64,000 bases of DNA from an uncultured delta proteobacterium (GTDB taxonomy: Bacteria > Desulfobacterota > BSN033 > UBA1163). The translations under genes and the position numbers were made by a program. The stretch spans positions 608,001-672,000 of the forward strand of contig CAWHBU010000004.1 in NCBI GenBank assembly GCA_963827685.1, read 5' to 3'. Each line of letters opens with the position of its first letter. The first letter of the stretch is position 1. Positions 1-10,104 of this stretch are shown piece by piece. Under the pieces are notes generated by a model. It ran no database searches, was not told where the DNA came from, and saw nothing but the letters and a program-made list of their open reading frames with translations.

Positions 1-1162
1 TGACTTAGGCGCCCTTGTCTTGAATGGAGTTGTAAAGAAAGCTGGACTCGATCCAGCCCAGGTCGACGAGGTCATTTTAGGTCAGTCCTACCAGAGCGGT
101 GAATATGTCAATATCGCCCGTATGTCACTCCTCAAGGCGGGCTGGCCCGACTCGATTCCCGGAATCACCCTGGACCGGCGCTGCTGTACCGGACTGGATG
201 TGGTCTGTTTTGCAGCGATGAAGATCCAATCTGATAATGCGGAAATCGTGGTGGCGGGGGGTGCGGAAAGCATGAGCACCGGTGAGTTTTATGTGCCGGG
301 GGATATCAAATGGGGAATCGGCGGCAAGAAGGGCATGCCCCGCGGACATGGAGACCTTTCTATATGGGGAATTCCTTTTTATGATCGAATCCAGCGGGCC
401 AGGGTGATGTCCCAGCCTGAGGAGAGGTATGGGATACTGCCCTCCATGATGTCCTGGGCAGAAACAGCTGCCAAAGAAGAGGGCGTTCGACGTGAGGACT
501 GTGACCGGTGGGCCCTGGAGAGTCATCAGAAGGCATGCGCAGCCATCGAAGCGGGAAAATTCAGGGAGGAGATTGTGCCCATCCGTGTGCCAGGGTCTAA
601 GGGAAGTGAGACGGTCATTGACCGGGATGAAAATCCGAGAGCGGATACTGCCTTGGAACAGCTTGCCAAGCTCAAACCTGTGCTTGGAGGTGTTTGTACG
701 GCTGGAAATTCGTCTACTGAAAACGATGGGGCTGCGGCCTGCATCATCACTTCAGAAGAGACTGCGAAGAAACTTGGAGCGAAGCCAATGGCGTATGTGA
801 AAGCCTTTGCCGTTGCAGGTGCAGATCCTACGCGCACTTATCTCACGGTGCCGAAGGCAGTAGAGAAGGCTTTAAAGAAATCCGGTTTGGAACTTGGCCA
901 GATCGATCTGATCGAGATCCAGGAAGCCTTTGCCGCCCAGGTTCTGGCAGATCTGAAGATGATGGGTCTCACGGAAAAAGATTATCCAAGGGTCAATGTC
1001 AATGGATCGGGTATCTCCCTTGGGCATCCCATTGCCTGTACAGGGACGAGGGTACTGGTGACACTTCTTCACGAGATGAAGCGGCGTAACAGCCGTTACG
1101 GTCTGGAATGTATCTGTGGGGGAGGCGGTTTGGGCATTGCCGCCATTTTCGAGCGGGTATAA
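1..1162 (+). CDS. Thiolase (acetyl-CoA C-acyltransferase), 5'-truncated by window edge
   Basis: DRRCC catalytic Cys region, VNVNGSGISLGHP and CGGGGLG thiolase signatures; frame open to window start. Confidence 0.93.
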   Translation, partial: DLGALVLNGVVKKAGLDPAQVDEVILGQSYQSGEYVNIARMSLLKAGWPDSIPGITLDRRCCTGLDVVCFAAMKIQSDNAEIVVAGGAESMSTGEFYVPGDIKWGIGGKKGMPRGHGDLSIWGIPFYDRIQRARVMSQPEERYGILPSMMSWAETAAKEEGVRREDCDRWALESHQKACAAIEAGKFREEIVPIRVPGSKGSETVIDRDENPRADTALEQLAKLKPVLGGVCTAGNSSTENDGAAACIITSEETAKKLGAKPMAYVKAFAVAGADPTRTYLTVPKAVEKALKKSGLELGQIDLIEIQEAFAAQVLADLKMMGLTEKDYPRVNVNGSGISLGHPIACTGTRVLVTLLHEMKRRNSRYGLECICGGGGLGIAAIFERV

Positions 1163-1198
1163 ACATTCTAATCGTTCGGGGTTTATTCGCTTTCTTCA

Positions 1199-1452
1199 CT
1201 TTAATGTTGCAAAAAAACTCCAAAACAGACCCGGTGGAAACACTTCCAAAGCCTCGTAATGCGGGTCTTGTTGAAATGAAATGGGTTACAGAGGACCTTA
1301 CCAAGAATGAAGTCCAGCAAAGTTTCTGAATGGTTGTGCTTCACGTTCAAAAGGTTCCGCTACGAGGCTTTGGGAAGTCCATCACCCTTTTGGGTGAGGA
1401 ACTTCCCGTTCCGCCCAGTGTCCCCACTGGGTCTGTTAAATGCAACTGTGAG
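1199..1452. mobile_element. Possible MITE/IS remnant with composite inverted repeats
   Basis: GTTGCA..AACAGACCCGGTGG..ACTTCCAAAGCCTCGTA (1206-1259) is mirrored by TACGAGGCTTTGGGAAGT..CCACTGGGTCTGTT..TGCAAC (1361-1446); no CDS. Confidence 0.45.
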
Positions 1453-1488
1453 GTTCACTTCAGATCATGAAATATAATTCCCCTTTAC

Positions 1489-1520
1489 AAAAATCTGGGA
1501 GCTGCGCGAGCTCCCAGATT
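1489..1520 (-). terminator. Intrinsic terminator after CoA ligase
   Basis: AATCTGGGAGCT/AGCTCCCAGATT stem followed by a T-run on the minus strand. Confidence 0.6.
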
Positions 1521-1581
1521 CAAAGATGATATATCGCGACCCTATGTTTGCCATCAAGCCATGCCTATCGTTTGCCTTTGT

Positions 1582-3150
1582 TCATGCAGACGGTGAATCT
1601 TTCAGAAGCCGCCGTAATATCTTACCGGAGGGACTACGGGGAATCATCTCCGTAAACACCACCTTGGCCAATCGCTTGTACTTAGCCAGCCCCTGCGCCG
1701 CATAGTCGATGATCGCCTCCGGCGAAAGACCGGCCTTATCCCGGAGCACCACATAGGCCACGGGAACTTCGCCGTATTCCGGATGGGGCTCACCGATGAC
1801 CGCCGCATCCTTTATATCCGGATGGCCGACCAGTATGTGCTCGATCTCGGCGGGTGCCACCTGCAATCCCTTACATTTGATCACCTCTTTTAGGCGGTCG
1901 ACAATGAAAACATATCCTTCCTCATCCTTCCACGCCAGGTCTCCCGTCCGAAGCCATCCATTTACCACTGTTTGCGCGGTCGCCTCCGGATTGTTGTAAT
2001 ATCCCTTCATCACCTGCGGTCCCCGGACCCAGAGTTCTCCGACTTTCCGCGTCGGCAATTCAATCCCCGTTTCTGGGTCAACGATTCTATCTTCGGTTAA
2101 AGATAATGGAAGCCCGATGGATCCCAATTTGATCTTTCGAATAGGCGTGACGTGGGTGGTCGGCGAAGATTCGGTAAGGCCATACCCTACCATCACCGGG
2201 ACCCCGGTGATCTCTGTAAACCTCTGCTGCACCTCGGGGGAGAGGATCGCTCCCCCTGCATTGACGTACCGGAGACGGCTCCAGTCCATGGTCGGAACCT
2301 TTGGATGGTGGCAGAATTCCTGGATGATCAAGGGAACCGTGAAAAAGAGAGAGGGCCGATAGGTTTCGAAGAGGGAGAGAAATTGATCCACGGGCCGGAA
2401 TTGGCTGGCCACCACCTGTGTCGCGCCAGCCAGGACGGATGTTCCCATCAGGACGGTCATCCCATAAATATGAAAGAAAGGGAGCTGGTTGATCATGACA
2501 TCCGTTTCCGAAACTTCATGGACCTGAACAACCTGATAAAGATCGCTAAGGAGATTGAAGTGGGTAAGCATGACTCCTTTGGGAAGGCCGGTTGTCCCAC
2601 TCGAAAAAGGCAGAACGGCAATCGTTTCATAAGGGTTTATCCCAATAGAGCGGTCCAGGCGATCCGATCCCACCAGGAGTGACGAAAAGGGGATCGTGCC
2701 CGCAGAAGGATCTCCTTGTCCTTCCAGCACTATGAACCGTAACCCCTGAAGCTCTGAAGAAAGTTTCTCCCATTGGGCATAAAGGTTGTCTGAGGTGATC
2801 ATGCCCTTGACCTCTGTTTCTCTCAATTGGTAGAGAACCTCCCGTTCTCCATAATGGGTGCTTACTGGGACAACGATACCGCCTGCTTTCAAAATCCCAT
2901 AAAAAGAAAGAATATATCCCAGGCTGTTTTTCATCCAGAGGGCTATCCGGTCACCCGGTTTAACTCCCATGCCTGTCAGGGAGGCAGCAAGAACCGAAGA
3001 ATTTTCCTCCAACCATTGGTAGGTATATTCTTTCCCACCTGCCTCGGGTTCAATCACAGCCACCTTTTCTGGGTATTCCCGCGCCGCTTTCCGGAGAGGG
3101 AACGTCAGAGATTCCGAAGGTACCGTGATGGGAGGATGGGTCAAATTCAT
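1582..3150 (-). CDS. AMP-dependent acyl-CoA ligase (4-coumarate/long-chain acyl-CoA ligase-like)
   Basis: FSSGTTGLPKG, GYGLTE, TGD and PRSPSGKILRR adenylation motifs. Confidence 0.93.
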   Translation of the reverse strand: MNLTHPPITVPSESLTFPLRKAAREYPEKVAVIEPEAGGKEYTYQWLEENSSVLAASLTGMGVKPGDRIALWMKNSLGYILSFYGILKAGGIVVPVSTHYGEREVLYQLRETEVKGMITSDNLYAQWEKLSSELQGLRFIVLEGQGDPSAGTIPFSSLLVGSDRLDRSIGINPYETIAVLPFSSGTTGLPKGVMLTHFNLLSDLYQVVQVHEVSETDVMINQLPFFHIYGMTVLMGTSVLAGATQVVASQFRPVDQFLSLFETYRPSLFFTVPLIIQEFCHHPKVPTMDWSRLRYVNAGGAILSPEVQQRFTEITGVPVMVGYGLTESSPTTHVTPIRKIKLGSIGLPLSLTEDRIVDPETGIELPTRKVGELWVRGPQVMKGYYNNPEATAQTVVNGWLRTGDLAWKDEEGYVFIVDRLKEVIKCKGLQVAPAEIEHILVGHPDIKDAAVIGEPHPEYGEVPVAYVVLRDKAGLSPEAIIDYAAQGLAKYKRLAKVVFTEMIPRSPSGKILRRLLKDSPSA

Positions 3151-3166
3151 CTTTCTTCTCTCCTCC

Positions 3167-4138
3167 TTATTTTTTTCTCATCCACTTGCCCAGTAAGCCG
3201 ATTGGCGCCCAGACGATGACGATGGCCAACAGTAGCCCGAAAAAGAGCTTATGCCCAGTCTCGAAGAAGCTCTTAAAAATAAACTCATCCAACCCCGTAA
3301 TGACCAGTGCTCCGATGCTGGGACCGATCAACGTCCCAATGCCTCCAAAGAGCGATCCCACAATCGGCATGACCGACCAATATCCATCGAAGGCTGAATC
3401 TGGACTAAGGAAATGGACGTAGTGGGTATAGAAGGCTCCCATTAAAGCGGTACAAAACGCTGAGACAGTAAGCGCTGTGACCTTGGTTCGGAAAACCGGC
3501 ACGCCGATCCCCGCGGCGGTTTCTTCATCTCCGCGCACTGCGGACATGGCCAGTCCCGTATCCGAATGCCGAAGAACATAGATGACCAGATAGATGCCAA
3601 GCATCAGGGCAGCGGCGAAATAATAATTGGTCGTCCTCGAAATGTAGAATTCAAAAGTCATCCCACCTAATTTGATCGAGGGTAAAGGAGAAATGTTGAA
3701 AATCCCTTTGGAGCCTTCTGTCAGGCTGGTTAGATTTAAGGTCAGGAGCTTCATTACCTCAGCGAAACCGAGGATGGATAAAGCGAAATAGGGTCCACGC
3801 AATCGAAAGGCAGGAATCCCAATGATCAATGCTCCAAGCACTCCGATCATGGCGGCGCCAACCATGGCCAGGAAAGGGTTCCATCCCGCCTTCATCACCA
3901 GGAGCGCTGAAGCATAAGCGCCAATCCCGAAAAAGGCTGCGTGTCCGAAGGAAACCTGTCCGCATCCTCCTGCGAGCAAGTTCCAAGCCAAAGAAACAGA
4001 CCCGAGGATAAGGGCCGAAATAAAGATGCTCAAGTAGTAGGGATTGAAAGAAAGAATGAAGGGGAGGACTAACACCACAGCAAATGTGATGATGGCAGCC
4101 ATTTTCTCGGAGGACCGGAATGAAAGGTAGAATTTCAT
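3167..4138 (-). CDS. livM: Branched-chain amino acid-type ABC permease LivM
   Basis: GQVSFGHAAFFGIGAY and LRGPYFAL motifs; hydrophobic. Confidence 0.9.
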   Translation of the reverse strand: MKFYLSFRSSEKMAAIITFAVVLVLPFILSFNPYYLSIFISALILGSVSLAWNLLAGGCGQVSFGHAAFFGIGAYASALLVMKAGWNPFLAMVGAAMIGVLGALIIGIPAFRLRGPYFALSILGFAEVMKLLTLNLTSLTEGSKGIFNISPLPSIKLGGMTFEFYISRTTNYYFAAALMLGIYLVIYVLRHSDTGLAMSAVRGDEETAAGIGVPVFRTKVTALTVSAFCTALMGAFYTHYVHFLSPDSAFDGYWSVMPIVGSLFGGIGTLIGPSIGALVITGLDEFIFKSFFETGHKLFFGLLLAIVIVWAPIGLLGKWMRKK

Positions 4139-5011
4139 TTAGATCCTCTTTCCAAATAGCCCGGAAGGACGGACGAGAAGAATAAATAGGAAGAGCGCGA
4201 ATCCAAACAATTCTCTGTAGGAAGAGCTTACAAAGGTCACGGTCATGGCCTCTCCTATGCCAAGGATCATTCCGGCTGCAATCAATCCTGGAATGGAACC
4301 CACTCCGGCCAGGACTGTAAGAATAAAAGCCTTGACCGTAATGTGAATACCCGTTACTGGACTTACAAATGACAACATCCCGAGTAAAGGACCTCCCAGA
4401 CCGGCGAGCAGCCCTCCGATGCTGAAGGCGAGAAGGTCAATTCTTTCGACATTGATCCCGGCCAGCGAGGCGGCATCGCGATCGATCGCCGTGATCCTGA
4501 TGGCCTTCCCCATCCTGGTACGGCGCAGAAAGGAATGGAGAGCCAGAACTCCGGCGAAAGAAAGCGCAAAGGTCACGATTTCTCCCAGGCTGATATAAAT
4601 CCCGGCAAGCTTCAATGGGCTCTCCAGCCAGTCCACGCCGATAGTGCGGAGGTCCGCTGTCCACATCTGGAGAAAGAGGTTGGAAAGAAAGATCCCGATC
4701 CCGAAGGTCAGGATGAGGGTATTAAGTTCCGGCGTGGTACGGATCCTCTGTAAAAAAATGCGGTAACTCAGGAACGAGGCTCCGGCCGCAAACGCCGCTG
4801 CTAACGGGAGGGAGAGAAGAGGGTTCACACCCCACTTGACCAGCAGCCAATAACCGATATAGCCCCCGAGCACCACGAACTCTCCGTGGGCCATATTGAT
4901 GATCCGCATGATACCGAACACGAAAGCGAGCCCTAAGGAGTAAAGGGCATAGTTCACCCCCTCGAGCATACCGGACAGTATGGATTGAATGATGGTCGTT
5001 GTGGAGATCAA
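4139..5011 (-). CDS. livH: Branched-chain amino acid-type ABC permease LivH
   Basis: FGIMRIINMAHGEF motif; RPSGLFG C-terminus. Confidence 0.9.
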   Translation of the reverse strand: MISTTTIIQSILSGMLEGVNYALYSLGLAFVFGIMRIINMAHGEFVVLGGYIGYWLLVKWGVNPLLSLPLAAAFAAGASFLSYRIFLQRIRTTPELNTLILTFGIGIFLSNLFLQMWTADLRTIGVDWLESPLKLAGIYISLGEIVTFALSFAGVLALHSFLRRTRMGKAIRITAIDRDAASLAGINVERIDLLAFSIGGLLAGLGGPLLGMLSFVSPVTGIHITVKAFILTVLAGVGSIPGLIAAGMILGIGEAMTVTFVSSSYRELFGFALFLFILLVRPSGLFGKRI

Positions 5012-5053
5012 CGCTCGCGACCTATTCGCCTTTAGCCTTTTTCCCTACCGGCG

Positions 5054-6247
5054 CTATTTTCTGCCCCAGGGTACGGCAGGGTACTGGATCGTCCCTATGG
5101 CCCGATCTTTGGGATATACAACGACCTGGTCCCCTTTTATTGTCTGGAACAAGATCGCTGTAAAATACTTAGGATCCCCTTTCTCGTCGAAGGCCACGCG
5201 CCCTAAAGGCCCGATGGTATCCATCGCTCGAAGGGCATTCCTGGTTTTTTCTGAAGTGTAACTTCCCGATTTGCCCCCACCCTGGACAACGGCCTCGAGC
5301 ATGTATTTCGTCGAAAGGTAGCCGAGCATGGCGATATAAGAAGGCTCTTCCTTGTATTTAGCCTTATAGACACTCACAAACTCTGCCTCCTCCGCCTTTG
5401 CCTGTTTTGGGGCTGTCCCCATTTCCCAGATCGATGTGCCATAGATGTAGTCACTCATGGCTCCCAACTCCCGGACAAATTCCGGGGTGCCGATGCCCCA
5501 TGCACCCATATAGGCCTTCACCGGAAGATTTAGGATCTTTGCGTCTTTGATCGTGCCTACGTAGTCGGTGTAGTATCCTTCCACCACAAGGACTTCACAA
5601 CCGGCATCCTTGACCTTCAGCAAGATCGGCTTGTAATTGGTCGTCCCCTTTTCAAACTTCTCAAAGACCGGAACCCCAACACCTGCTTTCACCAATTGCT
5701 CCTTTACAATCTCGGCAATCTCAGTGGTAGCAGACAGGCTGTTATAAAGGATTCCGACCTTCTTGGCTCCCATGAGTTCTTTGATGGCTCCTGACTGGGC
5801 GGGTGCGTATCCCGGCATATAATTGAGGCGAAAGAAGTTCTTGAATTTTTTCGCTGACAGCTTGGTGTCGACCGCACCCGTGGTCATATAAGGTGTATCG
5901 TACCGCTCCGCCGCTTCCGAAGCCGGCCCCACCAGGTTGGACCCGTATCCTCCGACGATGGCGTTCACTTTGTCCATGCCCGCCAGCTTTTCTACTGCTG
6001 ATACTGCCTTCTGAGGATCGCTCTCGTCATCATAGACATGTAAATCGACTTTGGTCTTAGACTTCTTTTCAAACTCCTCTACTCCCACCCGGATCCCTTT
6101 GATCTGTTCTATTCCATGCTTGGCCAGGCTTCCCGTCTGTGGGGCATGGGCACCCAATTTGATGTCGGGTGCGGCCCAGCCGGTTCCCAGCCAAAATCCA
6201 ATGACCAAACCTACACACCAAACCTTGCTCATCATCCATCGTTTCAT
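5054..6247 (-). CDS. Liv-family ABC substrate-binding protein
   Basis: Signal peptide; YDDESDP and GGYGS periplasmic binding protein motifs; within liv operon. Confidence 0.88.
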   Translation of the reverse strand: MKRWMMSKVWCVGLVIGFWLGTGWAAPDIKLGAHAPQTGSLAKHGIEQIKGIRVGVEEFEKKSKTKVDLHVYDDESDPQKAVSAVEKLAGMDKVNAIVGGYGSNLVGPASEAAERYDTPYMTTGAVDTKLSAKKFKNFFRLNYMPGYAPAQSGAIKELMGAKKVGILYNSLSATTEIAEIVKEQLVKAGVGVPVFEKFEKGTTNYKPILLKVKDAGCEVLVVEGYYTDYVGTIKDAKILNLPVKAYMGAWGIGTPEFVRELGAMSDYIYGTSIWEMGTAPKQAKAEEAEFVSVYKAKYKEEPSYIAMLGYLSTKYMLEAVVQGGGKSGSYTSEKTRNALRAMDTIGPLGRVAFDEKGDPKYFTAILFQTIKGDQVVVYPKDRAIGTIQYPAVPWGRK

Positions 6248-6295
6248 TTTTTTCCTCCTTTCTCATTTGATAAGCTTGCAGTTTCCATCCCCGTC

Positions 6296-7000
6296 CTAAA
6301 GGCCAAGATAGGCATGCTTGATGTGGGGTGTCTCTCGAAGAAAAGACGCCTCCCCCTCCAGTACAATCGCCCCCCTTTCCAGCACATACCCGTAATGGGC
6401 TGCCGAAAGGGCTACTTGAGTATTCTGCTCCACCAGCAAAATGGTGGTTCCAGACACGACAATTTTTTTGATCGCCTCGAACATTTCACGAACGATCAGT
6501 GGAGCGAGGCCCAGTGAAGGCTCATCCATCAGCAACAATTTTGGCAAAGCCATTAATCCGCGGCCAATGGCGACCATCTGCTGCTCTCCTCCTGAAAGAG
6601 TTCCGCAGAGCTGATCCTTGCGGTCAGCAAGGTGGGGGAATAATGAAAAGACCCAGACCAACCGTTTTTCAACCGTTGCCCTTTCAGAAACCCTGTAGGC
6701 CCCCATTTCTAAGTTTTCTTGGACAGAAAGCGGCGGCCATAGGCGCCGGCCTTCCGGGATCATGGTCATCCCCAGACCCACTATCTGATGTGATTTCTTC
6801 CTTTGGATTTCCTCGCCCAGGAGCCATATCTTACCGGATGAAGAAGGAATGAGGCCGGTGATCGAACGGAGCAGGGTCGTTTTCCCCGCACCATTCGGAC
6901 CCAAGATGCAGGTCATGTCCCCTTGACGGGTTAAGAAAGAAATATTTTCAAGGACGTGAACATCTCCATATCCAGCCGAGAGGCCCTCCACCTTAAGCAT
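6296..7000 (-). CDS. livF: ABC ATP-binding protein LivF
   Basis: GPNGAGKTT, LSGGEQQM, MDEPSLGLAP. Confidence 0.92.
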   Translation of the reverse strand: MLKVEGLSAGYGDVHVLENISFLTRQGDMTCILGPNGAGKTTLLRSITGLIPSSSGKIWLLGEEIQRKKSHQIVGLGMTMIPEGRRLWPPLSVQENLEMGAYRVSERATVEKRLVWVFSLFPHLADRKDQLCGTLSGGEQQMVAIGRGLMALPKLLLMDEPSLGLAPLIVREMFEAIKKIVVSGTTILLVEQNTQVALSAAHYGYVLERGAIVLEGEASFLRETPHIKHAYLGL

Positions 7001-7784
7001 CTTCTCTCTCCCCCAAGTAGGCGCGGATCACCTCCGGGTTTTCCACCGCCGCTTCCGGAGTACCATCAAAGATGAGTTGCCCGAAATTGAGCACCAGGAT
7101 TCGACGACAAATTCCCATAATGGCCCGGAGATTATGCTCCACCATGAGAATACTGATCTTTCCTTCTGTATTGAGGGAGCGAATAAACGGAATGGCCTCC
7201 TCAACTTCTCGAGGGTTCAACCCTGCAAGAACTTCGTCGAGGAGAAGGATTTTGGGATGGGTGGCCAGGGCTCGGGCGACTTCCAACCGCTTGCGCTCCG
7301 GCAGGCTGAGCGAATGGGAAATGTGATGAGCGAGAGGGGAGATTCCGGTACTTTCGAGGATCTCATCTACCTCACGATTCGTTTCTGCACCAGAACGCCG
7401 GTTGGGTTTTCCGAAAACAGCGGCTGCTTTGACGTTTTCAAAAGCCGTCATTTCCAGGAAGGGACGGACCACCTGGAACGTGCGGGCTACCCCGAGATGG
7501 CACAACTTGTCCGGCCGCATTCCAGTAATCGGCGTTTCAATGAATGTTATTTCTCCGTAAGAAGGGGGGAGAAAACCACTGAGAAGCGCAAAGAGGGTTG
7601 TCTTCCCCGCACCGTTCGGTCCAATCACCCCGACAATCTCTCCCGGCATAATATCAAACGACACCCTGGCTAGAGCCTGCAACCCCCCGAAGTTTCGGGA
7701 AAGATTCTTTACTCGAAGCAGAGGTGGCTTGAGGGGAGTAGAGTCTGACCGTACGCCGAACTCAGGACCTTTAGACCCGATCAT
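6993..7784 (-). CDS. livG: ABC ATP-binding protein LivG
   Basis: GPNGAGKTT, ARTFQ, LLDE, VIRAYLG. Confidence 0.92.
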   Translation of the reverse strand: MIGSKGPEFGVRSDSTPLKPPLLRVKNLSRNFGGLQALARVSFDIMPGEIVGVIGPNGAGKTTLFALLSGFLPPSYGEITFIETPITGMRPDKLCHLGVARTFQVVRPFLEMTAFENVKAAAVFGKPNRRSGAETNREVDEILESTGISPLAHHISHSLSLPERKRLEVARALATHPKILLLDEVLAGLNPREVEEAIPFIRSLNTEGKISILMVEHNLRAIMGICRRILVLNFGQLIFDGTPEAAVENPEVIRAYLGEREDA

Positions 7785-7983
7785 CGCATCATTTCCTTAT
7801 AGTAAATTCTACCCGTGATGGGATTCTTTATATATAGATACAATTTTCCATACAGCATCCACCTTCGGCAGGTCAAAGGTTGTCGACACCAGACACTATG
7901 TTATTCTATCTGGATAATTACTTGCACTGCGGACTAATATATAGGTGGCACTATTCATCTTCACACTATTAAAGAATTTTAGC

Positions 7984-8763
7984 TCAAAAATTTGGGTATG
8001 GGCCTTGGTATCCCAAAATACGGGAAATCGATTTCCCTTTTTCCGTCAATTTCAGTATAATTTTTTTTTGGGTCTGCCTGTCATTATTCTTAACTTCCGA
8101 CGAGACATTAATCGCTGCAATGATGTTCCTCTGGTCGTTCATCAAAGGGACACCGATGGAATAAAGATCCATAGAAAGCTCTCGGTCGCAGATGCTATAT
8201 CCCCTTTTTCTCGTTTTTATGATTTCTTTCCAGAGATTCTCCTTTGAGTTAATTGTTTTAGAAGTAATCTGATGGAGTTCCATTTCATCAATCCGTTTTC
8301 TAAGTTCTTCATCGGTTAGACCCGCTAACAATATTTTCCCTGAAGCAGTGCAGTGAGGCGGGAGTTTAGAGCCGGCATGAAGGTCGTAATTTAGAAATCT
8401 TTTCACCTCTTTTCTGTACAAAAAAAGAATTTCATGTTTATCAAGGACGGCTAAGTTAACAGTCTTATTAAGTTCGGATGAAAGTTCATCAACGTAGGGT
8501 TTAACCAACATTCTAAGGTTGGAGCTATTGAGAAAATTAAATCCCAAAGAGAGGACCTTGGCATCCAAAGAGTATCTTTTGCTTCCGTTACAGTTCAGAT
8601 AGCCGAGAGAATATAGGGTATGGAGGAAACGCTGGGTAGCCGTCTTATTTAGCTTACTGAGGGTTGCGATCTCAGTCAGGGTGAGAGGTCCAGATGATTC
8701 TCCAAAGATTTCTAAAATTCTCAAACCGCGTTCCAATGATTTAATGAAATTACTGTCACGCAT
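7984..8763 (-). CDS. IclR/PcaR-family transcriptional regulator
   Basis: N-terminal SLERGLRILE HTH; PHCTASGK effector-domain motif. Confidence 0.92.
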   Translation of the reverse strand: MRDSNFIKSLERGLRILEIFGESSGPLTLTEIATLSKLNKTATQRFLHTLYSLGYLNCNGSKRYSLDAKVLSLGFNFLNSSNLRMLVKPYVDELSSELNKTVNLAVLDKHEILFLYRKEVKRFLNYDLHAGSKLPPHCTASGKILLAGLTDEELRKRIDEMELHQITSKTINSKENLWKEIIKTRKRGYSICDRELSMDLYSIGVPLMNDQRNIIAAINVSSEVKNNDRQTQKKIILKLTEKGKSISRILGYQGPYPNF

Positions 8764-8783
8764 TGCGGAACCGTTTTTCCGTA
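8764..8783. promoter_or_regulatory. Palindromic operator abutting the IclR start codon (likely autoregulation)
   Basis: TGCGGAA-N6-TTCCGTA imperfect palindrome; TTGACA upstream on the minus strand (8818-8823). Confidence 0.5.
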
Positions 8784-8890
8784 TATTGTGATTCTAATAC
8801 ATCAGCTGTTTTGCTTTTGTCAAGCAGATTTTTATTCTGACTGGCGCTCAAGGGCACTTGACGAATTCTCATTCATTGAGGAAGATTTCT

Positions 8891-9613
8891 TCAGCAGTGA
8901 ACTTTTCTTTTTAATTTCTCGGTCAGATCAGAGACATTTTCATATTCGATTCGATTCAGTGATTTCGTTGCCTCTGGAAGAGGGGAGCCTTTTCTACAGA
9001 TAATGATGGTTTCTTTCCCCATGCCCAGGGCCACGCCGAGTTCAAGAAGAGTATCGGTTTTTTCAGGCGTCGAGAGATCATAAATTCCAAACCTGGCGCG
9101 TTTGATCTGGTCGATTCGTTGATGAAGGGGTTTTTCTTTTCGAGAGGCTTCCGTATCCAGGATCGGGCTCTGTCCGCTTCCTTCAAAGGCGCTTTTGATC
9201 GCCTGAATTAAGTCGGGCTCCTCGACTCCGGAAGAGATGAAATATTCTTCCTTGAGGGTGAACTCCACGGTCTTTGGCGTGGTCTGGATATTTTTAAAGA
9301 GGGTTCGATCCAAAGTCAATTCTTTGATGGCTGATTGAAGGATATTTTTTACATTCTCGAGATCCTTTTTATAGCGGGCGGCATTAACCTTACCGATCTC
9401 AGCCGAAGCAAAAGCTTTGACACTCATCTCCCGAAATCGGAGGGCGAGGAAATTTTGATAGTGGATCGACTTAGAACCGAAGACTTTCTCTAAAATCGTT
9501 TTGGTTTCGGACTGCCAGTGTTTAAAATTTTCATGATCAGCATGAAGACCTGGCATTTCGTCCGCTCGGTTTAACTGTTCTTTGATCAATTCAATCGGGT
9601 CTCGTTCTGGCAT
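8891..9613 (-). CDS. Hypothetical protein with C-terminal nucleoside 2-deoxyribosyltransferase/TIR-like domain
   Basis: C-terminal IKRARFGIYDLS..TLLELGVALGMGK..III pattern; helical N-terminal domain; SD GGGGAGG. Confidence 0.6.
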   Translation of the reverse strand: MPERDPIELIKEQLNRADEMPGLHADHENFKHWQSETKTILEKVFGSKSIHYQNFLALRFREMSVKAFASAEIGKVNAARYKKDLENVKNILQSAIKELTLDRTLFKNIQTTPKTVEFTLKEEYFISSGVEEPDLIQAIKSAFEGSGQSPILDTEASRKEKPLHQRIDQIKRARFGIYDLSTPEKTDTLLELGVALGMGKETIIICRKGSPLPEATKSLNRIEYENVSDLTEKLKRKVHC

Positions 9614-10104
9614 TTTTCATCCTCCCCATCATTCCTATCAAAGCCGAAGATAACAGTGGTGAAATTGAATGTCAACCCTCTCCCATTTTTTGAAGATGTC
9701 AATCCTTGCACACCATGTGAGTCATCTCTTATTCAACCCAATTCTCCCATTATTCTAGGATATTAGACTTCTGTATAACAATGTGAAACTTTTCTTCTTG
9801 ACAAACCGTTCTTATATTGATATTCGATGTATAATCTTCTAGTCAATTTCAAGAACAGTTCTAACCCTTCTGTAAATAAGAATTCAATTTCCCTTTGAAG
9901 AGATTTCTATGGAAGTTTAGAAACCTCTAGGCAGAAACGCATAGCAGTTTTTCAGACCTCTCTTTGAAGGAGAACGAGGGTGGAATTCCAGGATTGAAGT
10001 GAGACACTTTCTCGTTGAAAGAATCTTTGGAAAATTTTGGGAATGGTACACCCATAATGGGTAAAGTATTTTGGAGGGTAAAAAAAAGAAAGGAGGAATG
10101 ACAA

